Source of the DNA: Macrostomum lignano
Lineage: Eukaryota
Length of the DNA: 64,000 nt
Direction: 5' to 3'
NCBI GenBank assembly: GCA_002269645.1
Contig: NIVC01000175.1
Coordinates: forward strand, 434,001-498,000
Shown here: positions 12,189-24,847 of the stretch, piece after piece
Position numbering within the stretch: the stretch's first letter is position 1
Layout of the letters: every line of letters starts with the position of its first letter
Notes under the pieces: model-generated
The model's input: only the letters and a program-made list of their open reading frames with translations
Told to the model about the DNA's origin: nothing
Database searches by the model: none
Program-made: the position numbers and the translations under genes

Positions 12189-15100
12189 TTAGTCTTCAGT
12201 GAGAACTTCTGGAAACACAACGTTTCTGGTCCTTGTTCCCGGAATCCGGACGCGAACATTTGCCGCGTTCTTTGCTCGTGACAGCGCCGTGTACAGCTGG
12301 CCATGCGTGAAGCAACCGACTGACAGGTCAATGCCAACTGTGTCCAGAGACTGTCCCTGCGACTTGTGAATCGTCAGGCAGAAACTCGGCTTCACAGGGA
12401 ACTGCAGCCGCTTAAAACTGACGGGGAGGTCCGCATTGCTAGGAATCAGCGGTATTCGCGGCAGAAGAATCTCGTCTCCCGTGAACTGGCCGGCGGCAAT
12501 CTTGCATCTAAGCACGTTCTCGCCCATTGCGAGTATGATCAGCCGCGTACCATTGCACAATCGTGGCGGGTTGATGTTCCTGAGAAGAACTACTGGCATA
12601 CCCACTTTTAGCCTCAGCAAGTGAATCGGAAAGTTCGGGGCATCCAGCTGATTGAGCAACTCAGGCGGGAAGTGCGTAGCGGCATCCTCATCGGCCACAC
12701 TGTCTATTGAGCGGTACTCCCGCAGGCTGCCGGGGAACATGCCCAGGCACGTCTCGTTGATGGCATCCACTGAGTCATTGTACGGCGCCAGGATCGCTCG
12801 GCTTGCAAAGTAGCCGTCCCTCTCCACTGACGCCTCAAACGATGGGTACACAAAATTTATCAGATCATTGAGCGGCGCCTCCGCAGAAATGATGATCTCA
12901 GCAGGAAGAGACACTTTCTCCTCTGCATCCTGCTCAATTGTTCCGGATCCGATCTGGGGGAGTTAAAAGTCAAATATTTAAAACGCTAGACAGACTTTAA
13001 GCTAGGCATTCTTGAATAAGCCACAATTTTTAAAATGGAGCTCTCAACACGAAAGAAACCGAATATCCTTAAATCTTCCAATATTTAAACTGATGAAAAC
13101 AAACTTACCTGCTTGAGTAGCTCGGTGTATCTCAAATACGTTGCAGAATCGGAACTGCTCAGCAATCGGATGTTTCTTGTAAGGCGATGCCGCCGGAAAA
13201 ATTTCCACAGTGGGGATCTGCTGACACACGCCATGACGCTGTTGGCTCGAGTCCCATGCACCACAACGGGCAGCAGCTGGCGAAAGTCCCCAGCGCAAAC
13301 GAAAACCACTCCGCCGAATGGCACGTCCTGCTTCCGCACGTCTCGCAAGCACCGGTCGACGGCCTCCAAATCCTTCCGGTTTGTCATAGAAATCTCGTCC
13401 CAGACAATTAGACGCACTGTCCGAAATACAGCGGCCTGTTTGGACTGCGCTCCAACAGCGCACACGTCTTTGCTCGAACGGATCGCCCGAATTGGTATCT
13501 TGAACCTGGCATAGACAAATAGTTTCACCATGCCGAACATATTTACAGCACACGAAATATTTACAACTGTTTTTTGAAATATTGACAATAAATTACTCAC
13601 GTTGAATGCGCCGTCTGTCCACCTGGCAAAAGAGTCGCTGCGATTCCAGAAGCCGCAACGGCGAGGGCGACTTCACCCCGGCTGCGCACGAAGGCTAGCA
13701 GAACCTCTAGCAGGAAGGTCTTGCCAGTGCCAGCAGGTGCGTCCAGGAAGTGCAAGCCGCTGGTGCCGTCCACAAGATTCTGAGTCACGGACTCGTACAC
13801 CGCTTTCTGCTCATCTGTCAGCATTGGTAAGCGCGCCTCAGTAATCAGTGCTTGCTCAACCGTATCAAACTGCATTGGTCCATCTTGAGGTGTCACGGAG
13901 GCCGCAGGCAGGCCGTACTCTGGCAGGCTTCTCCCGCCCATGGAGATCAGCATGCTCTGAAGCTCACGCAGCGCCAGGTCAGTAATCTCCTCGGTGCTCA
14001 AGTCTCGGTGGTGGAACCGCAGGTCCTCGCTGAGATCCTCGGCAAAACTGCACCAGAGGTCGCTGCCATCCTCAGGCTCACCCCATATGAGAATTACGGC
14101 CAGAAGATGTCTCAGGGCTCTTGGCATTCTTGACTGAACGGCCTCAGCTAGACACCGCCGCCAGTGATCATCTCGCTGCAGCAGGCCAAGGGCCATGCAA
14201 GCAGCCTTGGCGCTCGGATGCACAACGCCGTCCACGGTCTGCAGCGCCTCGAAGCTAGTCGGTCCCCTAACATTCAAAAGGAGCATTCGAACATAAAATA
14301 AATCACCTGCTCTTGGACTCACCGTGTACATGCGTGCAACGTTTTTGTTCCGCACTACACCCGGATGGCCATCGACTCGCACACCCTGCTTGGCCCGCCG
14401 CCACTCTCTTTCGCTGGAGAGCCACACAAAGTAGGACGGCACCTCCGTGTAGAGCAAGGACCCAGCAAATTCGTCAATACGGCACAGCTTGAAAAATGCC
14501 GTCAACGTCGAATCCTTCGGCGTTCTCGCTTTTGCTCTTGCGGTCCCCTCGTTGAAATACACGAGCTGCTCTTCCGACTTGTGCACGCAGAGTCGGATGA
14601 CCGCCGGAAACCTGTTGTGCACCTGATCAGAAAGTGGAAGGAAAATATACAGCCTTTAAGTTTCGATGGAAATTCAATTTATACTATGACGAGGTTTCAC
14701 AGCTCTGGTTAAAATGAGCCAATAATAATTAGAATGCGAATTACTTCAAAGCCCAAGATGGTATTCACGGCTTCCATTGGACCAATGTAGCGCGCGGACA
14801 GGTACTCTTTAATCTCATCACGCGGCTTATTTCCTGTCGTTTGCGTCGGCTGCTGGTCACCCACTGCCTGCTCTCTCGGTTCAGTAGAATTCCTATTGGC
14901 ATCGACTTTGAACGTCGCCATGTCGCCACCCTTTAACAGGTACTTGATCACGTACTTGACCGACTTCACAGTGGCGCAAACTTCGACGTTCAAGTGGCAC
15001 GCAAACTGGAGCAACAGGTCAGGGCTGTACGGAACGACCCACCTGTTTTAATGAAAAAATAATATCATTAACTTTCAGAAACAAAAGCTGCAATGCACAA

Positions 15101-18100
15101 CTAAGCAATATATTAGCGTTTGAACTTCCCTGTTGTCCATGCGAATGCTCCGGCCTTTGAACAGTTTGTCCACTGTAAATCCGCCCATCTCAGGCGATAG
15201 TCTGCGGTACAGTGGGTAGCCAGTATCGCTGGTCAGCGTCACCTGCTGGAACTCTTTCGGAAAGCCCTTGCTGCATTCGCCATTCTCCATGCAAGGACAC
15301 GCCGGATTCTCCTTGCCGCAGGGGCCATGGATCATGTGCGTCTTCACCAGCTCATACAGCACAGGCTGCTGCTCTGGGTCCGGAATCTCGGCAGACACGA
15401 TGTCATCGTATCGGTCCGGAGTCACTCGCTGACCGCTCACGAGCCACAGCAGAAAGTGCACATGGGGAAGACCTGGAGCGTCAAAAAAGTATTAAAAAAT
15501 ATCACAAAACCTTTGTAAATCTAAATTTTAATAAATCTTAAAACTTTGATTCTTGCAAGTCAGAATTTTTACTCACCACGCTTCTGGTACTCCAGTGAGC
15601 AAACGTGAGCGGCCTCTTTCCCATAGCGCTTGGTCAACTGGGCCAGAAGAGCTTTCCTCTTCATTTCAAAGACTCGGCTAACAATGTCCGGCCGGTCTTC
15701 TGCCCGCTGTCCAGGCAGCAGCTGAGCGCTGATCTCCGGCCATTTCGGATTGCACGTTGCGGTGACAAACAGGTCCGGCTTACCGAACTTGTGAACATAG
15801 GTCATAGCGTCCTGTAGCCTCTCCATCAGGTACCTTGGCCCGCCAACAAAGCTCGAAGACAGAAGCACATGCGCGGGCTTGCCTATGTCACTCGGATCTC
15901 TGTCGGTAGACCTGCCATCAGCTGCAAACAGAGCGTCCCGCAGACCGCTGTATGTCTCGCTGCGCAGGTCCTGCTGATGGGTCCGCAAATACAGCAGCCT
16001 CTCTGCCTCAATCTTGGCACACATGTCCACCAAGTACTGCTGAAATAATCTTCGGCCATAGTGCAGCACACTGAACTGGCCCGCTCGCACCATGATTTCG
16101 CTCGCATAGTATTTCATGGGCGTTAATTTCTTGCCATTACTCATCAGCAACTCCGGGTGCCAGCCATCTTCGCCATTCGGGAACAGCAGCACATACTCCA
16201 GCGGGTCATATGAGCGGTGCGTCTCGCTGATTCTCTGGGAACCGCCACCACGAGTTGAATCACGACGTCCCGACTGGCCGGTGTGTTCTCATTGTCCTCC
16301 ACAATCAGGATACCGACCTCGTTCGCCGTAGGCAAGTTGTAGCGCCTGATTTTGAACGGAGTTTGTGGGATACAGAGTCTGTACAAATTGGATAATTGGA
16401 TAATTTATTACGCAAAATATCTTATTAGAATGTCTTGCAGACATACCGAATGTGTTCCCCAGATGGTCGACGGTCAGGGTGAATTACGATTCGCGCATCT
16501 CCCAACTCCGGATCTTGACTGATTCGATGAGCGACTGCCCTCAGGCTGCGGACATAGCCGTTGCACTCGTGAAGCAGCGTCTGCAATAGCTCCAGTAGCT
16601 CCGGCTTCACCTTCTGGCTGAGACTCTGGCGGCTTTCAAGTTCGCGATCATTGAAATACACCTGCCAGCCATGGGGCTCAGCTGAATCCTCTGCAAACAG
16701 CGGCGCCGTGTTGTGATGCAACTGGCCGCTGATGATGAAGCTGGGACACCAGCCTGGCACCAACCGCAGTTTGGCACCCAGCGATGTCAGGTGCAGCGCC
16801 GAGTTGTAACTCCGAATGTTGGTCAGGAACTCGGCACTCATTCTGTGCCGCCCCAGGTACAGATCTGCCAGCACTTGAGGCACGGTGCGGCTGGGCAGCT
16901 TCACCTTGCCTTTGGCGCAGCAGAAATTCCTCGTCTCAGAGCACCAAAGTAATGCACCGCATTGGTCGCATGCTCTGTCCATTGGGCCACAGTTATGGGC
17001 TGGCGCTTCAGGCCTGATAATCCGTTCTGGCCTGTGATTAGAAGGATTAGGATTAGGAAGGATTAATGGCAAACAGTTTTCCCAGTTAATCTTTCAGCTT
17101 ACAAAAAAATTTATTGGAATAAAACAACTTGAGTTCGATGACAAATAAATTATGATGACCAGTCACACCAATGACCTACCTCTCTTGAGCAGGTCTTGCG
17201 CCAAAATGACCTGCACTCTGCTGAGTTAATCTTGGCTCCTCTGCATCTACAATGGGCTCAGAAACTGGAATCGGATTAGCAAATCGCAATGACTCATAAT
17301 GCTCATGACGCAAAAGAATTCGGACGATTGCAATCGGTGGCTGCAAAGGGGACATACAGTACTGCAGTACAGTGCCGTTTTCTTGATAAATCACCAGATC
17401 AACATTAAAACAACGGCTTAAAAGCGGAACAACTTCATCAGGCACATATGTGCCTTCAGAAAAAGAGGAATCAACAATGAAATCAGCATTTTCTGGCAAA
17501 ACAAAGCCTTGTTCAATCAATTCTGGCATAATCTGCACTACACGGCTCGTCAGCTCGTGTCTTAAAGATGCCGCATCGGTCTCAAGTGGAGTGCCCTGCA
17601 ACTGATCACAGACTGCATAAAAAAACAGTTCCCATCACCAGGAATGCGAATTATGCGCAACGCATCAAAAGGTACCACAGACGGTGTGGCCAACTCACTA
17701 CTATCAAACCTGGAATATAGGAAAAAAATTATACACAACTTCATTTGCCGGTAATTAAAGTAGTGACGAATAAATTTTATGCTATTCTATACTGATCTCT
17801 TAAATAAAACTCTTGGAAAGCAATCGACTTGAAAAGATGAGAAAAAATGCACGAAACAGATTCCAGTTTTTAATTATAGGCCCAAGTACCAATAAAACAT
17901 CAGCTAAGATAGAAAATACCCCGAATTAGGCACAAAGGGCACTTGGATTTTATATGGCTATAAAATATATAGCTCCAATTAAAATGTCATCCTACCTGCC
18001 AGCCGACACTCCTCGACGGCGAATTTGCTCGGCTTCCACTCGAGCTCTTCGTTGCTCTTCGGTTTCTGAAGCGCGTCGCTTCTCCGCACGAGTTCTGTCT

Positions 18101-18474
18101 CCAGATCTACGCTCTTCTCGCTGAGCGTCTGTTTCCGTTGCCCTTCGCTCAGCATTTTCCTGCCGGAGTCTCGTCAGGCGCTCTTCTCGCTGAGCGTCGG
18201 TTTCAGTTGCCCTTCGCTCAGCCTCCTGCTGCCGGTGTCCAGCCAGCCGCTCTTCTCGCTGCGCGTCAGTCTCCATGGCCGTTCGCTCAGCCTTCTGCTG
18301 CCGCAGTCCAGCCAACCGCTCTTCTCGCTGCGCGTCAGTCTCCATGGCCGTTCGCTCATTCTTCTGCTGCCGCAGTCCAGCCAGCCGCTCCTCTCGCTCA
18401 ACGGCACTCTCTTGCTGACGCTTCTTCTTGGCATCTCTGCTCTTCTTCAATGCGCTGGTGCCACGTCGAGCCAT
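12189..18474 (-). CDS. Helitron RepHel transposase, 9 exons, ~1,730 aa when repaired: STPR-like repeats, OTU protease, Cys-rich zinc finger, HUH Rep, PIF1 helicase. Carries two 1-nt frameshifts and one GG donor.
   Basis: Exons: 18474-17996, 17709-17180, 17031-16447, 16345-15577, 15472-15130, 15042-14745, 14622-13601, 13505-13109, 12953-12189. All intron phases are compatible (total 5190 nt after restoring two bases). Rep motifs PDLFVTATCNPKW, EYQKRG|LPHVH and KYVIKYLLKG. PIF1 motifs DAPAGTGKT, WDEISM, GDFRQLLPV, TIHKSQGQS and GQLYTALSR. Confidence 0.9.
17180..17709 (-). other. OTU-like cysteine protease/deubiquitinase exon of RepHel
   Basis: RIPGDGNCFF(Y)AVCDQL aligns with the OTU GDGNCLFRAxSDQL motif once one T is restored in the run at 17619-17625. 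A distal HYESL supplies the catalytic His. Confidence 0.75.
17996..18474 (-). other. N-terminal exon with five 23-aa STPR-like repeats (ETDAQREERLAGLRQQKAERTAM)
   Basis: Exact 23-aa (69-bp) periodicity with an E...R/RL pattern like the STPR DNA-binding repeats of silkworm FMBP-1. Confidence 0.7.
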
Positions 18475-19980
18475 ATTGGAATTCAAATTGAAAGATAAGA
18501 ATTTTGAGTTATAATGAAAAGAAAGGATAGTAGGGGTTGTGTGCGAGAAAAGAGAAAGGTATGAAGTCTATAATGTCACGCGTTTTAAACTCAGCAACCA
18601 CCCAATCCCAAAAAGCTGGACACCATTTGTACACTGTTAGACTGTCAGTGTGTACAGCAAGCCTAAATTCTCTCCAATACCCGCCTGCTAATTGGTCAGG
18701 ACTCTTTTTATTATTCAATACTCTCTCTCAAACACATAACTCTAACTCTCCTATGTGAAAGGATTCAGATAAATTTTCTGAACTGGAGGCGCAAGCCTCA
18801 GTAGCCAATGTACATCTATCTCTGTGGCACTTTTGGACTTTTTTATAATCAGACGGTTTTATTACATTTTGGAGGGTCAGTCTCAAACATGGTTCGTATA
18901 TTGTGAATCAATTAGATACTGTATATATGTGCATGTATTTCACTCTCTCACTATCCCTCTCTCCAGCATTTAAAGTTAGTATGTTAATTGTGCACGGGGA
19001 GATTTTATAATGTACAATCTTTTCTCGCAGTCTACATTTATAGTTCTCTAGCCTGGCGACAAAAAATACTACTTTACTGGGCGCTGCAAAGTTTAATTCC
19101 AATAAGAATGGCTCACAGTAGGAAGTTCTGCTTGACCCTTGCAGAAAGGCATGTGTGTTATTCGAATATTCGCGCTTCTTCTATGCTTTACAGGAGCTTT
19201 TCATGCTTAAAATGACACTTCTTTTACGATTTTTATGACACTTGTGGTTCTGAATTAGTAAGCCTCGACGCTAGCATTTTTTAGGTTTTTCATGACGCTT
19301 CTTTTATGTTTAACAAAAATTACACTATAAGATGAGCACGAAGCAGTTATGACATAATCAATTTTTCAATCGGTCAGTATGGTTACGCAGTCTAAATCAA
19401 GTCTCGTAATATGCTTCTACACAGTGTTTTCAACACTGTGACGCAATTCAAGGCGGAGGTACAATTCAGCTGTTATGCAATCTTTATCACAATCAGAATT
19501 CAGTCAGTCAGTTTTTTCTCTAGCATTTTTACAATGCATTTCAGGTCGAAAGAGCTGCTTGACCTTTGCAAAAAAGCATGTTTTTCGAATATTTAATCCC
19601 TTTAAAATTGAGCAATTTCTTAGCCAAGATGCATGTACCGTCCCAGGAAAATTTCTGATCGAATGGTGCAAGTTTGAAGAAAATCGGTTGAGCCAATTTT
19701 TCTGAAATCTATCGCATACCTACCCACATACAGACAACTCATTTTTAGTATATAGGACTAGCAATCTACGCCCCCCGTTGGGGAGCCAAAGAAATGCAAT
19801 ACACGTTTTTTTAAAAAGCTACATGTATCCTTGAAATCTTAAAAAATCTCCTGTCAAACCTTGTAAGCCTTGACATGTCAGTTATCCCCCCCACAAGCTT
19901 TAACATATCAACTTCCCCCCTTGACATCTCAGCAATGCCCCCAATAAGCCTTGGAAATCTAAAAATATCTGTCAACCTTC

Positions 19981-20040
19981 TAACCCTAACCCTAGCCTAA
20001 CCCTAACCCTAACCCTAACCCTAACCCTAACCTAACCCTA
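19981..20040. repeat. (TAACCC)n telomere-type tract inside Helitron unit 2
   Basis: About 9 near-perfect hexamers; paralogous tracts at 25075-25132 and 28050-28107. Confidence 0.85.
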
Positions 20041-20929
20041 AAGCATTGAAATTTCAGTAATTCTCCTAAGAGTCATTATAGCACTACTACAGCATTATAG
20101 CGATTCCTTGCAAGCCTCAACATCGTAGGGATTCCCAAATGAATCTCTTAACTTCGACATGAAGCTTCTTTTATTTTTTACATTACGCTTTTTTATCAGC
20201 GATCCCTTCCCTGAGGAGGCATCAAATAATGTAATAAAAAGTTTTCAATAAACTACATGTAGCTTCTGACTTTAGCCTTGAAATCTCATTTATACCCCCG
20301 TGAGCCTTGACATCTCAGCTATTCCCCCGTAAGCCTTGACATGTCAGCAATGGCCCCCATAAACCTTGAAATCTAAAAAATCCCCTGTTAACCTTGAAAC
20401 CCGATAAAATATAACCCTCAACCCACACCTGACCTAAACCTAACTTTAAGCCAACCTAAAGCCTTGAAATCTCAGCAATTCTTCTCCCCTAAGCCTTAAC
20501 ATTTTAGTGATTCTTTCTTTAAGAATCACAGCACTATAACGATTTCCACCAAGCTTTGACATCGTAGCAATTCCCAAATGAATCTTTTAACTTCGACATG
20601 ACTTTTCTTTTATGTATACATAGTGCTACTTTTATTTTTTACATGACTCTTCTTCTATCAGCGCCCCCCGTGACGAGCCAACAAAGAATGCAATAAAAAA
20701 TGGAGTAAAGTACATGAACTTTGAAGTAGCTTCTGACTTTTGCTTTGACATCTCAGAAACCCCCCCCCGTAATCTCAGTTATTCTCTGAGAGCCTTTACG
20801 TCTCAGTTTTTCTCCCCAGCACAGCATTATAGTTGCATTTAATTTTTACATGAACCCTTCATGTCTGACATGACGTTTCTTTTATTCTACCATGACGCTT
20901 CCTAATTTTTTAAATGACACTTTCATTAG

Positions 20930-23900
20930 TTTTAAATGAGGCTTCTATGATTTTTTCTTGACGCTTCTATGATTTTTACATGATGCTTCTATGATTTTTA
21001 TATGACGTTTCTATAATTGTTTACATGACGCTTCTATGATTGTTTACATGACGCTTCTATGATTGCTTACATGACGCTTCTATGATTTTTTACATGACGC
21101 TTCTATGATTGTTTACATGACGCTTCTACGATTTTTATATGACGCTTCTATGATTGTTTACATGACGCTTCTACGATTTTTACATGACGCTTCTATGATT
21201 GTTTACATGACGCTTCTATGATTTTTAAATGACGCTTCTATGATTTTTACATGACGCTTCTATGATTTTTATATGACGTTTCTATGATTGTTTACATGAC
21301 GCTTCTATGATTGTTTACATGACGCTTCTATGATTGCTTACATGACGCTTCTATGATTTTTTACATAACGCTTCTATGATTGTTTACATGACGCTTCTAC
21401 GATTTTTTACATGACGCTTCTATGATTTTTACATGACGCTTCTACGATTTTTTACATGACGCTTCTATGATTGTTTACATGACGCTTCTATGATTGTTTA
21501 CATGACGCTTCTATGATTGTTTACATGACGCTTCTACGATTTTTTACATGACGCTTCTATGATTGTTTACATGACGCTTCTATGTTTGTTTACATGACGC
21601 TTCTATGATTGTTTACATGACGCTTCTATGATTTTTTACATGACGCTTCTATGATTGTTTACATGACGCTTCTATGATTTTTTACATGACGCTTCTATGA
21701 TTGTTTACATGACGCTTCTACGATTTTTTACATGACGCTTCTATGATTGTTTACATGACGCTTCTACGATTTTTACATGACGCTTCTATGATTGTTTACA
21801 TGACGCTTCTATGATTTATATGACGTTTCTATGATTGTTTACATGACGCTTCTATGATTGTTTACTGACGCTTCTATGATTGCTTACATGACGCTTCTAT
21901 GATTTTTTACATAACGCTTCTATGATTGTTTACATGACGCTTCTACGATTTTTTACATGACGCTTCTATGATTGTTTACATGACGCTTCTACGATTTTTT
22001 ACATGACGCTTCTATGATTGTTTACATGACGCTTCTATGATTGTTTACATGACGCTTCTATGATTGTTTACATGACGCTTCTACGATTTTTACATGACGC
22101 TTCTATGATTGTTTACATGACACTTCTATGATTGTTTACATGACACTTCTATGATTGTTTACATGACGCTTCTATGATTGTTTACATGACGCTTCTATGA
22201 TTGTTTACATGACGCTTCTATGATTGTTTACATGACGCTTCTATGATTTTTTACATGGCGCTTCTATGATTTTTATATGACGCTTCTACGATTTTTTACA
22301 TGACGTTTCTATGATTTTTTAAATGACGCTTCTATGATTTTTTACATGACGCTTCTATGATTGTTTACATGACGCTTCTATGATTGTTTACATGACGCTT
22401 CTATGATTTTTTAATGACGCTTCTATGATTGTTTACATGACGCTTCTGCGATTTTTATATGACGCTTCTATGATTTTTTAAATGACGCTTCTATGATTGT
22501 TTACATGACGCTTCTATGATTTTTTACATGACGCTTCTATGATTTTTTAAATGACGCTTCTATGATTTTTATATGACGCTTCTACGATTTTTTACATGAC
22601 GCTTCTATGATTGTTTACATGACGCTTCTATGATTTTTTACTTGACGCTTCTATGATTGTTTACATGACGCTTCTACGATTTTTATATGACGCTTCTATG
22701 ATTGTTTTTATGACGCTTCTATGATTTTTTACATGACGCTTCTATGATTGTTTACATGACGCTTCTATGATTGTTTACATGACGCTTCTACGATTTTTAT
22801 ATGACGCTTCTATGATTTTTTAAAAGACGCTTCTACGATTTTTTAATGACGCTTCTATGATTTTTTACATGACGCTTCTATGATTTTTTAAATGACGCTT
22901 CTATGATTGTTTACATGACGCTTCTATGATTTTTTACTTGACGCTTCTATGATTGTTTACATGACGCTTCTACGATTTTTATATGACGCTTTTATGATTG
23001 TTTTTATGACGCTTCTATGATTTTTTACATGACGCTTCTATGATTGTTTACATGACGCTTCTATGATTGTTTACATGACGCTTCTACGATTTTTATATGA
23101 CGCTTCTATGATTTTTTAAAAGACGCTTCTATGATTTTTTAATGACGCTTCTATGATTTTTTACATGACGCTTCTATGATTTTTTACATGACGCTTCTAT
23201 GATTGTTTACATGACGCTTCTATGATTGTTTACATGACGCTTCTATGACTTTTTAAATGACGCATCTATGATTTTTATATGACGCTTCTATGATTTTTTA
23301 CATGACGCTTCTATGATTGTTTACATGACGCTTCTATGACTTTTTACATGACGCTTCTATGATTTTTTACATGACGCTTCTATGATTTTTATATGACGCT
23401 TCTATGATTTTTTACATGACGCTTCTATGATTGTTTACATGACGCTTCTATGATTTTTTAAATGACGCTTCTATGATTTTTTAATGACGCTTCTATGATT
23501 TTTTACATGACGCTTCTATGATTTTTTACATGACGCTTCTATGATTGTTTACATGACGCTTCTATGATTGTTTACATGACGCTTCTATGATTTTTTACAT
23601 GACGCTTCTATGATTGTTTTTATGACGCTTCTATGATTGTTTACATGACGCTTCTATGATTGTTTACATGACGCTTCTATGACTTTTTAAATGACGCATC
23701 TATGATTTTTATATGACGCTTCTATGATTTTTTACATGACGCTTCTATGATTGTTTACATGACGCTTCTATGATTTTTTACATGACGCTTCTATGATTTT
23801 TACATGACGCTTCTATGATTTTTATATGACGCTTCTATGATTTTTTACATGACGCTTCTATGATTGTTTACATGACGCTTCTATGATTTTTTAAATGACG

Positions 23901-24250
23901 CTTCTATGATTTTTTAATGACGCTTCTATGATTTTTTACATGACGCTTCTATGATTTTTTACATGACGCTTCTATGATTGTTTACATGACGCTTCTATGA
24001 TTGTTTACATGACGCTTCTATGATTTTTTACATGACGCTTCTATGATTGTTTTTATGACGCTTCTATGATTGTTTACATGACGCTTCTATGATTTTTTAC
24101 ATGACGCTTCTATGATTTTTTTAAATTACGCTTCTATGATTTTTTTTAGATAACGCTTCTATGATTTTTAAATGACGCTTCTACGATTTTTTACATGACG
24201 CTTCTATGATTGTTTACATGACGCTTCTATGATTTTTACATGACGCTTCT
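20930..24250. repeat. 23-bp satellite B (CATGACGCTTCTATGATTGTTTA)
   Basis: More than 130 tandem copies by length, with variation in the T-rich spacer. Confidence 0.95.
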
Positions 24251-24847
24251 TTTTAAAAAGTCTTTTAGTTTTCCTGATGTTGAAAAGCTTTAATTAAAAA
24301 AATTATACTCTATGAAAATTCGAACCAATTCGAACCAAACTGCATTTAGCAGTTCAGTTTGTTCACCTCTAGGCTAGCTCTCATCGTTTTGATAACATCA
24401 AATTTTGCACTTATATAATTCAACACTTTAAAATCCAAGCATAGAGTAAATTACACGAAGCAGTTATGACATAATCAGTTTCTCAGTCAGTCAGTATCAG
24501 TTAACAATATGGTTACGCAATTTAAATCAAGTCTGGTGCTACGCTTCCACACTGAGTTACAATTCAGTTATGATGCAATCTATTTCAGAATCAGAATTCA
24601 ACCAGTCAGTTTTTTCTCTAGCATTCTTACAATGCATTTCAAGTCGAAAAGTTTGCTTGACCTTTGCAAAAAAGCATGTTTTTCGAATATTTAATGCCTT
24701 TAGCATCGAGCAATTTCTTAGCCACGATGCATGTACCGTCACGGGAAAATTTCTGATCGAACAGTGCAAGTTCGAACAAAATCGGTCCAGCCATTTTTTC
24801 TCTAATCGATCACATAGACACAGACAGACCATTTTTAGTATATAGGA

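Larger units (their letters stand above)
9342..19757 (-). mobile_element. Helitron unit 1: autonomous-type element (10.4 kb) carrying the Rep/helicase gene
   Basis: 5'-TC at 19757, 3' hairpin + CTAG at 9342, RepHel gene at 12189-18474, and subterminal 20-bp and 23-bp repeat arrays. Confidence 0.92.
19758..24847 (-). mobile_element. Helitron unit 2, non-autonomous B-type (5.1 kb)
   Basis: Terminal TC and hairpin+CTAG (GGCTCCCCAACGGGGGGCGTAGATTGCTAG); no coding capacity; 23-bp satellite B inside. Confidence 0.88.
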
